Shown: positions 1-10,122 of the stretch, piece by piece
Layout: each line of letters opens with the position of its first letter
How positions within the stretch are numbered: position 1 is the stretch's first letter
IMG/VR virus record: IMGVR_UViG_3300004774_000007
Coordinates: 1 to 41,458 of that record
DNA: 41,458 nucleotides
DNA from: a virus
Lineage: Duplodnaviria > Caudoviricetes
Reading direction: 5' to 3' (one strand)
The notes under the pieces: model-generated
The model's database searches: none
Told to the model about the DNA's origin: nothing
The model's input: the letters and a program-made list of their open reading frames with translations, nothing else
Made by a program: the position numbers and the translations under genes

Positions 1-296
1 CCTTTATAAGCTAAATATGCTTCAGGAACAGATAAAGGATTTTCCTTCATGTAATTAAAAGCACCTTGACCAAGATTGCCTACTTGAGATGCTGTATCAC
101 TAGCAACGCCAGGGACTAATTTGGCAGATTCAGCAAGGTTAGGTGTAGGCACTGCTGCTGTTCTTTCAGCTTCAGTTTCCTTGTATTGCTTTGCACGTTT
201 TTTAATTTCAGGAAATTCATTTGCCCCTGGCAAAAGACTTGATCCTTCAGCAGAAGTTGAATCTACAGGTGTAGCAGTGCTTAAATCAAAAGCCAT
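1..296 (-). CDS. N-terminal part (alternative allele) of the 532-aa internal virion protein at 39839-41437; truncated by the window edge
   Basis: ATG at 296 reads MAFDLSTATPVDSTSAEGSSLLPGANEFPEIKKRAKQYKETEAERTAAVPTPNLAESAKLVPGV..., colinear with the 41437 ORF. Confidence 0.9.
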   Translation of the reverse strand, partial: MAFDLSTATPVDSTSAEGSSLLPGANEFPEIKKRAKQYKETEAERTAAVPTPNLAESAKLVPGVASDTASQVGNLGQGAFNYMKENPLSVPEAYLAYK

Positions 297-317
297 TATT
301 TCACCTCAATAAATTGT
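1..317. repeat. Imperfect terminal direct repeat, left copy
   Basis: Ungapped match to 41142-41458; first 31 and last 90 nt identical; about 45 mismatches (manual count) in 32-227. Confidence 0.95.
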
Positions 318-1948
318 TTTTTATCTGGACTGACGTATGCTTTATTACCTTTTGAATCGGTATGCAATGTCCATCCAGCAGGAATCTTAGGAGCAGCAAC
401 AGGAGGTGGCCTACCAGTTACAGGAGCAGTAATTTGATTTGCAGCAGTTTGAGTCGGCGGAGCAACTGCACCAGAAGATTGTTCCGGTGCTTCATTTTTA
501 CTAGCATCACGCAACACTGAACCAATAGCTGTTGCAAAAGATTGATTTGTTCTCTGTTGATCTGGATGCTTAACAAATTGAGTTTCTATTTGACCAATAG
601 GAGGAGCCATACCCGTTTTGTTATATGCTTCTATAGCACCGTTATAGTACGGCTGGTAATTTTTTAATTGCGTAATGTTGTATTGCGCTTTTAACAATTC
701 AGCTTTTAACAAACCAAGATTGTCGCCAATTTCTTGAGGCGCAAGTCTTGCAACAAATCCAGGTTTTTTGTAATCAGACAATGAAGTCTGATCTTGAGAC
801 ATTTTGTTAATTAATTGATGGGCATTTAACAATTTATCAATTTGTTGTACATCCAATCCTTTTAAACGAGCATCAATCAATAATTGACGAGTTTTTTGTA
901 AAGCAGATTGCTCGGTTTGATTTGATGTACCTGAAATATTAAGATTAGTAGTTCCACCACTTAAATTTGTTGTGTTTTTAACACTTGCACCTGCTGCAAT
1001 ATTTCCAGAAACACCGCCACTAATTTCTCCTGGAGTTGTGGGTTGAGCAGTACCACCGCCAGCTTTTACAGCAGCATTTTTTTCGTCAGCAGTAGATGCA
1101 TTTGCACTAGCAGTTTTTCCTTTTTGAGTGTTTGTACTTCCTGAAGATCCCGTAGTTATGTTTTTGCTTGCAATTGACAATGCTTGTCGTAATGAATCTG
1201 CTGGAACATTTTTTAAATCTTGTAATCCATTTATTGCATCAACAACAAATGCTTCTTGAGGAACAAAAGTTGAATAAAATTGAGCATTTCCTTTTTGATC
1301 CACATCTGCTGCTTGAGCCCTAGTCTTATACATTTCTTTACTAGCCACGCCAGCAATTGTGTTGTCAAAAGAATCGTAGCTAACGCCCCTGTCTTGCAAA
1401 TCTTGTGCAGATAATTGATTACCTTGAGCATCTACAGTTTTTACAGGATTACCAAAACCATCAACGGTTTGGTAATACATATCACCTTCTTTGCCCCATT
1501 TAATTTGCGTCTTCTGCTCACCACCTGTAATAAGTTTAAAAGCAGTAGCATCTTGTCCCAAAATAGAAGCAATCAATGCTTGACCAAGTTGAGGTTTATG
1601 AGAATACTGTTTGATGGCATTTGCAACTGCAATGTTGCCTTCAGGAGTGCCAGGAGTGCCAGCAGCATAAACGCCTTGTTTAATGCGCTCGTACTCGTTT
1701 AATTGAGTTGACAGCTCTTTTTTCTTTTCATACGCAAGATCAGAAACAACAGGATTTGTTGAATTTTTGCTTAGTTGATCTAAAACGGTAACCGCTTGTT
1801 TTGGATCAGTAGTGGTTGCGGCAGTGTTCCATGCCATTCTGTCTTTGTTTACTTGAGCAGCATTATTTTCAGCAACAGGGTCTAAAGGCGTTCCACCAGC
1901 ATTGTATTGCTGCATAAATGCGCTAGGTTGTGTGGGATCAGCCATCAT
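296..1948 (-). CDS. Putative internal virion/ejection protein (550 aa)
   Basis: Long Q/A/T-rich ORF after the tail genes, in the position of podovirus ejection proteins. Confidence 0.6.
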   Translation of the reverse strand: MMADPTQPSAFMQQYNAGGTPLDPVAENNAAQVNKDRMAWNTAATTTDPKQAVTVLDQLSKNSTNPVVSDLAYEKKKELSTQLNEYERIKQGVYAAGTPGTPEGNIAVANAIKQYSHKPQLGQALIASILGQDATAFKLITGGEQKTQIKWGKEGDMYYQTVDGFGNPVKTVDAQGNQLSAQDLQDRGVSYDSFDNTIAGVASKEMYKTRAQAADVDQKGNAQFYSTFVPQEAFVVDAINGLQDLKNVPADSLRQALSIASKNITTGSSGSTNTQKGKTASANASTADEKNAAVKAGGGTAQPTTPGEISGGVSGNIAAGASVKNTTNLSGGTTNLNISGTSNQTEQSALQKTRQLLIDARLKGLDVQQIDKLLNAHQLINKMSQDQTSLSDYKKPGFVARLAPQEIGDNLGLLKAELLKAQYNITQLKNYQPYYNGAIEAYNKTGMAPPIGQIETQFVKHPDQQRTNQSFATAIGSVLRDASKNEAPEQSSGAVAPPTQTAANQITAPVTGRPPPVAAPKIPAGWTLHTDSKGNKAYVSPDKKQFIEVK

Positions 1949-2314
1949 TTATTCCTTGTGCTTGTCTAGGTAAGAATTGCCTATGTCATGATCTGATAAA
2001 GAATCTAAATTAGCAATTGGATTGGAACTTGTTGAAGGGTTAAAAGAAACTATTTGTCCTGTATTGTCAACATAATTGTTAGGAACAATGGGTTGTTGTT
2101 TTATAGGTGTTATTGTTGGAGGAGGACGGCCACCAATTTCATCTTGAAAGCCAGGCATTAAATCATCCAAAAAACCAGTTGCACCTGTTCCGTTAAGCAA
2201 AGCAATTGCACCAAGTTTTTTTACTTTATCACCAATTGCATCAAACATACCTGGACGAGACAACTCTTGTCCAAATTGACCAAGACCAGCGCCACCAAAA
2301 GGATTTGTAGCCAT
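1949..2314 (-). CDS. Hypothetical virion-associated protein (121 aa)
   Basis: AGGA RBS; tightly packed in the late operon. Confidence 0.6.
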   Translation of the reverse strand: MATNPFGGAGLGQFGQELSRPGMFDAIGDKVKKLGAIALLNGTGATGFLDDLMPGFQDEIGGRPPPTITPIKQQPIVPNNYVDNTGQIVSFNPSTSSNPIANLDSLSDHDIGNSYLDKHKE

Positions 2315-2323
2315 AATTAATCC

Positions 2324-3040
2324 TTATATTCTGCTGCTTTTGCTAGAGCCAGTAGACGTACCACCTTGCGTACCAGCATAGTTGGGATTGGTAGAAGCTT
2401 GAGGCGTACCAAACACAATAGAAGCATACTTGCTGTACAGGTCTTGTGGGGCTCCAGCGTATCCAATACGGGAAGCAGCGGCAGTATTTGCGGCATTCAA
2501 ACCTTGACCACCGATAGCAGCCAGTTGGTTAGCGGCAGCAGCTTTGTTAGCCTGAACCTGGGCTTGCGCTCCAGCAGCAGCAGTAGCTTGACGCTGTGCA
2601 TTTAGACCGGCTAGATTGGTGTCTGCCAAGGCCATACGAGATGATCCTAGACCACCAGCACCACCGTACATGGCATTCTGTCCAGCTTGGCTTTCACGAG
2701 CAGATTCACGTCCTGCTTGCAATGCAGCATTGACCTGACCTTTTTCGTAGTTGGGGTCAAACAAAGATTGAAGACCCTTTACACCGGACAACAAACTACC
2801 AGCGCCTACAGCACCTTGTAAAGCACCTGTACCGGCAGCTACATCAGACGCAGCATTAGCGGCATTGGTAACACCTCCAGCAGCATTGTTGTATACGTTC
2901 TTTGCACCAGTTACCGTATTTTGGTAAGCAGGAAGAAACGTATTCTTTAAAGCTTCATTTTGTATTTGAAGAGTTTCTTTTTGTTCAGGAGTCATCTGAA
3001 CAGTATTTGTCTGAGTACCAGACGATTTGCCCATTCCCAT
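2324..3040 (-). CDS. Putative small ejection/DNA-transfer protein (238 aa, Ala/Gly/Gln-rich)
   Basis: MGMGKSSG start and A/G/Q-rich helical composition typical of podoviral pilot proteins; synteny. Confidence 0.55.
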   Translation of the reverse strand: MGMGKSSGTQTNTVQMTPEQKETLQIQNEALKNTFLPAYQNTVTGAKNVYNNAAGGVTNAANAASDVAAGTGALQGAVGAGSLLSGVKGLQSLFDPNYEKGQVNAALQAGRESARESQAGQNAMYGGAGGLGSSRMALADTNLAGLNAQRQATAAAGAQAQVQANKAAAANQLAAIGGQGLNAANTAAASRIGYAGAPQDLYSKYASIVFGTPQASTNPNYAGTQGGTSTGSSKSSRI

Positions 3041-3045
3041 GATTA

Positions 3046-3372
3046 TTACCTCTTACCTTTGCTGGATGAACCAGAAGTACCGGCAGAACCTTTGCCGCTA
3101 GGTTGGGTTGAATTATCCCACATACCATTTTGTCCACCATTACCCTGAGTCATGTTTTGGTCAATGGTATTCGAATATGCGTTTGGCATACCCATTTGCG
3201 GTTGACCACCTTGACCTGGAAACGTTACCGCCCCTTGGGAGCCTTGCATCTGCTCTGGAGCCGCATATTCTTGAGAACCACCTTTACCGCTAGGAGATGA
3301 TTGAGATGAAGCCACACCTTTTCCAGAGGATGAACTCTGAGGTGATTGAACTTGTGCCGATGGTGCGCCCAT
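3046..3372 (-). CDS. Low-complexity Ser/Gly/Gln hypothetical protein (108 aa)
   Basis: GGAG RBS; repeated SGKG motif; operonic. Confidence 0.6.
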   Translation of the reverse strand: MGAPSAQVQSPQSSSSGKGVASSQSSPSGKGGSQEYAAPEQMQGSQGAVTFPGQGGQPQMGMPNAYSNTIDQNMTQGNGGQNGMWDNSTQPSGKGSAGTSGSSSKGKR

Positions 3373-3375
3373 GAT

Positions 3376-3795
3376 TTACTCCGGTTTGGAAGGCCAAATA
3401 ATATTAAAAGGATCAGATTGCGTTGTTATATCACGCAATGCTTGACGATATGTTGCCCATTGATTTTTATTAGTTATAGAAACATCTGGAAGTTGAGTCC
3501 AATCTGATTCTGCAAGCAAAGTATTACGTTGGGCTTTTACTACTATCCATTGCGTTTGATCTGTCCTTGGATCAATCCATTGTTTTGTGTCATAGTTAAA
3601 TATGCAGTATTCATTTGGAGCCGGAGGAATATTAACAGGCAAATTATTTATTACATAAAATTTATTTCCAGGATAAATTCCTGCAATGTATTTTTCAATA
3701 GTGGGATCATATTGAGAATTTATCTCATCATCAAGACAAATAGCTACCCTTACAATTTGACCATTGCTTTGCAAATATATTGATATATCAGTCAT
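3376..3795 (-). CDS. Phage tail (fibre) assembly chaperone
   Basis: C-terminal RNTLLAESDWTQLPD...WATYRQALRDIT...WPSKP signature; follows a fibre gene. Confidence 0.85.
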   Translation of the reverse strand: MTDISIYLQSNGQIVRVAICLDDEINSQYDPTIEKYIAGIYPGNKFYVINNLPVNIPPAPNEYCIFNYDTKQWIDPRTDQTQWIVVKAQRNTLLAESDWTQLPDVSITNKNQWATYRQALRDITTQSDPFNIIWPSKPE

Positions 3796-6152
3796 TATTT
3801 TTTTGCCTCTAAGGTTGCAATGGTGCTAATTTTGTTATAACCGTTATACGAAGAAGGATAAGATGCTTTAAAAACCAAAGTATAAGAATTTGAACCAGAC
3901 GGAGGATTGTCCATTATAGAAAATGTACACAAATCACTTCCTATACCTCCATAATAATCATATCCAACTCCAGCCCCACTTTTTGGAGTTTCAAAAAGAG
4001 TTGTACCATTTCTTTTTAATGAAACGACAAGCGCACTTGCTCCACGATCTCCATCGTTATTAATGATTTGAGAAGGTGGAACGTATGAGGTTGAAACCGT
4101 AACAAGAGTTGGTGCACCTGTAGAAGTTACCGTTTGAGTTAAAACTGTAGTAAAAACAGGGTCATATCCACTACCTGAACTGCCTGCGGCATAAATAACA
4201 GTAGCTGCATAACTGGTTGTACCATTAGGAAGAGTTACTGCATTATTTCCAATCTTCAATGTTTCTACTTGTAAATCGCCAATCTTTGCCGTGGTAATTG
4301 TTGCATCAGCTATTGCAGCATTTGCAGCAGTAATACTATTTGCAGCCATGTTTGTAGCTGAAATAGTAGCTGCTGCAATTTGAGTTGCAGTAATAGTATT
4401 TGATGCAATGTTTGCTGCTGTTAAAGTATTAGCAGCAATCCTGTCACCAGTAATAGTATTAGCAGAAATCTTATCGCCAGTAATTGTGTTTTGAACAATT
4501 AAACTTCCGGTTATATAAGTAACAAACGTTGTCCAAGAAGTTATATACCTATAAACAATAGCATTGTTTTGTATGTTGTAGCTTAAAGTGCAAATGTCTC
4601 CAGCAACAGGAGTTCTTCCAATTAAAGCTATTACTTCAGCATCAGTTGGTGGAGATCCATCATTTGCAGTTCTTGTAATAACGTAAGTAGCTGCTCCATT
4701 TCCACCGTTATAAGAAATTGCTCTAATGCTATTGCTTGTGTTAGTCCAATCCAACGTTGAAGTTGTAGTGGTAGCAGTTACTGATAAAGGATAAGTAATT
4801 GACCACAAATAATTTCCAGAAGTGGTATTGCTAGGAGCCGATGTATACCATCCACTAGGCGCTGTATAAGCTCCTGTAGCCCATGTATAGGTAGATGTTG
4901 TAGTAGGTCTTGTTGGTGGTGTAGAAGAGCCTGTCCATTGATAAATGGTAGGAAAAGCAGACATTACACCATTTGCACCAGCTTGACCAGCAGGGCCGTT
5001 ATAGACAATCGGCATTACTATTGTCTTGCTACCAGGGCTTGATAAATTTGATCCGTTAACAGTCAATACTACCGTTACAGACGTAGCAGAAGAATTAGGA
5101 GTTATTACAACAGATGATGTTGTAGCAGAAGTTGGAGTTGCACCGGTAATAGACCAGCTATAAGTAGGACTAGTAACGTTAGTCGTTATGGCTGTTAGCG
5201 TAGCAGTAGCTGGCGTAAATGCACCACCAGCATTTTGCGTAAAAGAAGAATATCCAGAAATATCAATTGTTGGGCCAGAATAACCCGTAGCACCAGGATC
5301 AGCAAACACAAACTGAACAGTTGCTACTGCTGCTTGCGTAACAACACCAAGATTGTTTTTATAACGTATAGGAACGCTTATGAAAGCAGGGTTTGCCGAC
5401 ATTGCTGTTGGTGCAGGCCACAACGCATAATCACCGGCATCTGTTGGATTTCCAACCGTAATATTGGTGTAAGAAATATCCCCGTTACCCGTAGTTGAGG
5501 AATTACCAATGCGCCAAGAATTGCTAACAAAACCAACGTTTGAATCAGTTTGAGCGTCCGTAAACGGAATGACAACGCCTTGTTGAATTGAATACAAAGC
5601 AGCTTGCACCCCTGTAAAAGAAGGAGTTAACGGCAATCCAGATCGAGGAACTTGTAATGTACTTGGAGTGAAATACGAGAAAAATACTTGTGCAATTACA
5701 GGAATATTTCCAGACGTAACAACATCCAAATCAATAGACGCACCTGGATCAACTAACCATCCTGTATCTGGAGCGTATTGTGAAACGGCAAACTGAATTT
5801 GTCTTCCACCAGTAGATACATAAAACAGAAATTTAGTTGTACCAAATCCACCTGTTACTTTATTCCAAATGTAATCAGTGTAATTAGATGATTCTGAAGA
5901 ATTGTCATTATTTCTAATGCCAAAATACTGACGATTTGTTGGTACGTTACTAAAGTTTACAGATCCGTCAAACGAATCTGCGTATTTAATAGCCATGTAC
6001 TTGTACAGGTAACTAAGAATGTTTCCTGTTGGGCCTTTGACTTCACCCGTGTTAGGATCGCTAGTAACGCCTGTACTAAAGTTGCTCAATAGATAATTAA
6101 TCGCTTCAGATATTTCTGATTGCGAAGGATTACCATCAAGGGCATAAGGCAT
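3795..6152 (-). CDS. Tail fibre/host-specificity protein (785 aa)
   Basis: T/S-rich beta composition; ITGDKISANTITGDRIAANT repeats; followed by a chaperone gene. Confidence 0.75.
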   Translation of the reverse strand: MPYALDGNPSQSEISEAINYLLSNFSTGVTSDPNTGEVKGPTGNILSYLYKYMAIKYADSFDGSVNFSNVPTNRQYFGIRNNDNSSESSNYTDYIWNKVTGGFGTTKFLFYVSTGGRQIQFAVSQYAPDTGWLVDPGASIDLDVVTSGNIPVIAQVFFSYFTPSTLQVPRSGLPLTPSFTGVQAALYSIQQGVVIPFTDAQTDSNVGFVSNSWRIGNSSTTGNGDISYTNITVGNPTDAGDYALWPAPTAMSANPAFISVPIRYKNNLGVVTQAAVATVQFVFADPGATGYSGPTIDISGYSSFTQNAGGAFTPATATLTAITTNVTSPTYSWSITGATPTSATTSSVVITPNSSATSVTVVLTVNGSNLSSPGSKTIVMPIVYNGPAGQAGANGVMSAFPTIYQWTGSSTPPTRPTTTSTYTWATGAYTAPSGWYTSAPSNTTSGNYLWSITYPLSVTATTTTSTLDWTNTSNSIRAISYNGGNGAATYVITRTANDGSPPTDAEVIALIGRTPVAGDICTLSYNIQNNAIVYRYITSWTTFVTYITGSLIVQNTITGDKISANTITGDRIAANTLTAANIASNTITATQIAAATISATNMAANSITAANAAIADATITTAKIGDLQVETLKIGNNAVTLPNGTTSYAATVIYAAGSSGSGYDPVFTTVLTQTVTSTGAPTLVTVSTSYVPPSQIINNDGDRGASALVVSLKRNGTTLFETPKSGAGVGYDYYGGIGSDLCTFSIMDNPPSGSNSYTLVFKASYPSSYNGYNKISTIATLEAKK

Positions 6153-7765
6153 TAGAACGCATCCTCAGTAACAGTTGCTTGCCAGTTAATGGCTGTTAGA
6201 TTCCATGAATCTGTAGCATCATTTGATTGTACTTTAACCGAAACAGTTCTTACGTTGTTTTGCTGGCTAGTAACCCAAGGATTATCCGTTACTACAGCAA
6301 CAACCCCTGTTTGACCATAAGTAGCTGGTTGGGCAGTAGAGTTAGAGCCACCGGTAGTAATGTTTACCGTACCCGTACCAGCAATCTCTGGAAGCAATCG
6401 GTGTATATACAGTTTGGCACTGTATGGAACAGCACCTTTTTCCGTTTGCAACGTAACATTATTGCGCTCAAATAGAGCAGGAATTGCTACACCATTAAAC
6501 GAATTTCCGACACCTGTTTGGATAAGTTGTGAACTAGCAGTACCACCCTTGGCGTATGTAACAGTCCTAGAAGCGTACTTAAAAGCACCGCTAACAAGCT
6601 TTGGAGCCTCACAAGCACTACAGGCATTAGCTACGTCTCTAGGAGCATTCCAGATGCTTAGATCGTATCTCCAAGAGATCATTTTGTTGCACCAACCGGT
6701 AGACGTTAGATCAGGGAAGTAAACTTCAATCTGGTTCTTTTGAGTGTTGTTGACCATGAAAACACGATCAGAATATGTTGGGCTCAAATTGTTAAAAAAG
6801 TAATCACGGACTTTTTGGTTGCCAAGAGGAAAGAAATCTGATCCGTTGAACACCCAAATGTCCCTGCTATCAATGCCGTAAACATTGGAGTCGGTGTTAG
6901 ACCAGCAATTGTTGTTTATTAACCCACGACCCTGGTTAAACAGTCGAATGCCAAAGACCGGTGCAGTGCTGTTTTGATAAGCAATAGGAGAAAAAACGAC
7001 CGTATCCCAATAAGAACAGACGTAGAAGTTTCCACCTAAGAAGAAACCGTCCACAATAGGGCCACGAACGGGTATTTCCTGCTCGTTAGCAACGTTAGAT
7101 AAAGTTGGAATCCAAGAAGCAGGAACGCCTGTATTTGCAAAACTTTGTGACCAGCGAACGGTAGTTGGATAGTTCACAGTAAGACCAGTGCTGTAGTCCT
7201 TTGTGATGTTTCCAGCAATCAAGATGTTTCCAACGTTTGGAGAACAATAATTGCGTACAAATTCAGCACGGGTTGCAGTTACTCCAATATCGTAACTCCA
7301 AACGTAGTTATCAGGAGCAGCACCATAAAGGTAAATTTCCGTTGCTGTTGTCAGGAAGTACATTGGCGCTCTAAGAGCATCATTGATAAAAAACACCTCA
7401 CCAACCCAAGAGGTTGTAATGTTTATATCGTCTGAATAACCGGATAAAGCAACGTTTGGATTAGCACCCACACCTGGTGTGATATTCGTAATACCGGTAG
7501 AAGTCACCATGTACCACTTGCCTTCACGGGTAGCAGCAATGTAAACCCAAGCATTGTTGTTTCTAAATCCACCATCCATGAATACTACGTTGCCAGGAAT
7601 AGCGGAAAGAATAGACTGTTCACCCGAAACCTTTTTAATCCCACGAACATCAGCTTCAACGTTTGTTCCGCTGTTGTATTCGTTTGGGCCAAGAGCATTA
7701 GACGGCACATCAGGTGTAAAGCTCATGTTTACAAATGGAGTGCGAAGTCTAGTGTAATCGGTCAT
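6152..7765 (-). CDS. Tail nozzle/head-stabilisation protein (P22 gp10 / tubular protein B-like, beta-propeller)
   Basis: About 537 aa beta-rich; VRWS and IWVFNG-type propeller motifs; synteny; likely start MTDYTRL at 7765. Confidence 0.7.
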   Translation of the reverse strand: MTDYTRLRTPFVNMSFTPDVPSNALGPNEYNSGTNVEADVRGIKKVSGEQSILSAIPGNVVFMDGGFRNNNAWVYIAATREGKWYMVTSTGITNITPGVGANPNVALSGYSDDINITTSWVGEVFFINDALRAPMYFLTTATEIYLYGAAPDNYVWSYDIGVTATRAEFVRNYCSPNVGNILIAGNITKDYSTGLTVNYPTTVRWSQSFANTGVPASWIPTLSNVANEQEIPVRGPIVDGFFLGGNFYVCSYWDTVVFSPIAYQNSTAPVFGIRLFNQGRGLINNNCWSNTDSNVYGIDSRDIWVFNGSDFFPLGNQKVRDYFFNNLSPTYSDRVFMVNNTQKNQIEVYFPDLTSTGWCNKMISWRYDLSIWNAPRDVANACSACEAPKLVSGAFKYASRTVTYAKGGTASSQLIQTGVGNSFNGVAIPALFERNNVTLQTEKGAVPYSAKLYIHRLLPEIAGTGTVNITTGGSNSTAQPATYGQTGVVAVVTDNPWVTSQQNNVRTVSVKVQSNDATDSWNLTAINWQATVTEDAF

Positions 7766-8118
7766 ATTGCTACCCAAGAAATGGTGCTTTCATCCCAAAC
7801 GTAACGATTGTCATCGCTAGGGTATTGTACTGGAGGATTCCATTGGCAAGTCTGCTCATCAAGAGTCCAGCTTGGATATGGTTTGGGCGGGACAAACGCA
7901 TCACGCGCTAAATCGTAAAAGTACCCAATCCCAGCATAGTTTTTACGGAATGGTGTACCGCCTAATGTGTGTACGCCACCATTTGTGTTGTAGCTAGTCT
8001 TTTTCCAAATCTTACCCGTGTTTTCTTGGTAGATTGCTTCGCCATCATAAGGCTCGTCAATTCCAACAATTACTTGGACAACAATATTGTTTTCATCAAG
8101 TTCTGCAAAATGTGCCAT
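7762..8118 (-). CDS. Conserved phage protein (MAHFAELD...), companion of Gly-rich tail proteins
   Basis: KTSYNT...FRKNYAGIG.YD..RDAF.PPKPYPSW motif; adjacent to the Gly-rich genes. Confidence 0.75.
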   Translation of the reverse strand: MAHFAELDENNIVVQVIVGIDEPYDGEAIYQENTGKIWKKTSYNTNGGVHTLGGTPFRKNYAGIGYFYDLARDAFVPPKPYPSWTLDEQTCQWNPPVQYPSDDNRYVWDESTISWVAI

Positions 8119-8122
8119 CTAT

Positions 8123-9148
8123 TTAACTCCACTGAATTGTACCCGTGCCAGAAGTAAACACATAAATTTTGTAACCAGCACTTGATGTTGTATCCGCTGC
8201 GGGAACATTAGAGCCTGTTGTTGTTACACCATTAACTACTAAACCAGCAGAAAATGAACTTATGTTTGAATAAGTATTTGCATAAGAAATAACAACTTTA
8301 CCAGAACCTCCTGCGCCACCAACCCCACCAGCACCGCTAGATCCACCTGATTTACTAGTTCCACCCCCACCACCACCACCAGTATTTACTGTCCCAGGAC
8401 TTCCTGCGCTTAAAAACGTTGCTCCACCAGAACCACCACCACCAGTACCACCCGCACCTGGTATTCCATTAATAGAATCTCCACCACCACCGCCACCACC
8501 CGCAAGATTAATACCAGCACCAGTAATTACACTAGTTACTCCATTCCCACCTTTGCCGCCAGCAGTAGTAACACCAGTTCCTCCAGCAGCATTTCTTCCG
8601 CCACCACCACCACCAGAACTTGAACCTCCAGAAAGTGTTACACCACCTCCATTAGTTCCTTGTCCCGTAGTTCCTGTACCAGCAGTTGATAAATAACACG
8701 CTCCGCCGCCAGAACCACCGTCTCTAACAGTATTTGTTCCACTGCCTTGCTGACCAGAACCGCCGCCACCGCCTAGTCCAGTTATGCTACTAAATACAGA
8801 ATTACTACCTTTACTACCATTGCCAGCATTGAAATTTGGCCCACCAGAACCGCCAGCACCTACAGTAACTGTATATGCAGTTGAAGATGATACAGAAATG
8901 GTGCTTTGATATTGAAGACCTCCAGCACCTCCGCCTCCACCACCCACGGTATTTCCATCTCCACCGCCACCGCCACCCCCTGCTAAAACCATATATTCAA
9001 CCAAACTTGGAGCTACAGAAATTGCAGGCCATGAACTTGATTTCAATGCTTGAAGCACTTGGTTAATTCGCCATATGCCTTTGGCAGATGCAAAAGTATT
9101 ACTTGCTGCTGTAGAAGACATTAATGACGCTTTGTATCTAGTAGACAT
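8123..9148 (-). CDS. Glycine-rich domain tail-associated protein, paralog 2
   Basis: VEYMVLAGGGGGG...NTGGGGGG...GGSGKVVISY pattern. Confidence 0.8.
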   Translation of the reverse strand: MSTRYKASLMSSTAASNTFASAKGIWRINQVLQALKSSSWPAISVAPSLVEYMVLAGGGGGGGDGNTVGGGGGGAGGLQYQSTISVSSSTAYTVTVGAGGSGGPNFNAGNGSKGSNSVFSSITGLGGGGGSGQQGSGTNTVRDGGSGGGACYLSTAGTGTTGQGTNGGGVTLSGGSSSGGGGGGRNAAGGTGVTTAGGKGGNGVTSVITGAGINLAGGGGGGGDSINGIPGAGGTGGGGSGGATFLSAGSPGTVNTGGGGGGGTSKSGGSSGAGGVGGAGGSGKVVISYANTYSNISSFSAGLVVNGVTTTGSNVPAADTTSSAGYKIYVFTSGTGTIQWS

Positions 9149-9156
9149 AAATAATT

Positions 9157-10122
9157 TTATAAACTAAATAAAATTGGGCCAGTGCCAGCAGTAAATTTAT
9201 ATATTTTGTATCCAGAACGTGAAACTGTATCTGAAATATTATTACCCGCGCTTCCATTGCAAATAAGACCAGAACTAACTGATGTTAAATCTGCATAAAA
9301 ATTTTGATAAGCAATAATAATTATTCCAGAACCACCAGCACCGCCTTGTCCAGATGTTCCACCACCACCACCACCACCTCCCGTATTCGCTGTTCCACCA
9401 ACACCCAAATAACTTGTTGCAGCACTTCCACCATTACCTCCGCCATTAACTCCAGTGCCAGGAATTGCACCGCCACCTCCACCTCCACCAGCATAAATAA
9501 TTGCAGTACCAGTAATTGAAGAACTTAAACCCGCACCGCCATTGCCACCATTACTAATAACACTATTAATACCTACTGCGCTAGCACCGCCACCTCCACC
9601 ACCAGATGTTGAAGCAATACTGGAAGAAAAACCTGTACCACCATTAAAGCCTTGACCACTAGTACCTGCTCCACCAACGCCACCATCAGAACCACCTCCA
9701 CCAGAACCACCAGCACCACCAGCGGGAACATTATTAAAACTTCCACCTCTACCGCCTCCAATGGCAGTTAAAGTGGTATTTCCAGCAATGCTTGAAGAAT
9801 TACCTTGATTGCCATTATTTCCTGTGCTTGCTGTTCCGCCAGCACCAATAGTTAATGTTATGTTTGACCCTGCCGTAACACTAAAACTACTTCCTGATAA
9901 TAAACCACCAGCGCCACCAGCACCAGCATAATAATACGCACCACTTCCACCACCAGCAATAACTAAATATTCTAAAAAAGGTGGCACTGCTTTAGTTGAA
10001 GGCCATGTATTTGATTGCAGTGCTTGCATAGTTTCATTAGAACGCCAAATACCAAAAGCAGAAGCCAAGCTTGTTGCTGCCTCGGTAGAGGACATTAATG
10101 AACCTTTATATTGCGTAGACAT
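9157..10122 (-). CDS. Glycine-rich domain tail-associated protein, paralog 1
   Basis: LEYLVIAGGGSG...NTGGGGGG...GGSGIIIIAY; N- and C-termini match paralog 2. Confidence 0.8.
   Translation of the reverse strand: MSTQYKGSLMSSTEAATSLASAFGIWRSNETMQALQSNTWPSTKAVPPFLEYLVIAGGGSGAYYYAGAGGAGGLLSGSSFSVTAGSNITLTIGAGGTASTGNNGNQGNSSSIAGNTTLTAIGGGRGGSFNNVPAGGAGGSGGGGSDGGVGGAGTSGQGFNGGTGFSSSIASTSGGGGGGASAVGINSVISNGGNGGAGLSSSITGTAIIYAGGGGGGGAIPGTGVNGGGNGGSAATSYLGVGGTANTGGGGGGGGTSGQGGAGGSGIIIIAYQNFYADLTSVSSGLICNGSAGNNISDTVSRSGYKIYKFTAGTGPILFSL

Noticed and set aside
1-317. Diversity-generating retroelement TR/VR pair
   Set aside because: Mismatches are not adenine-specific on either strand and no reverse transcriptase is encoded
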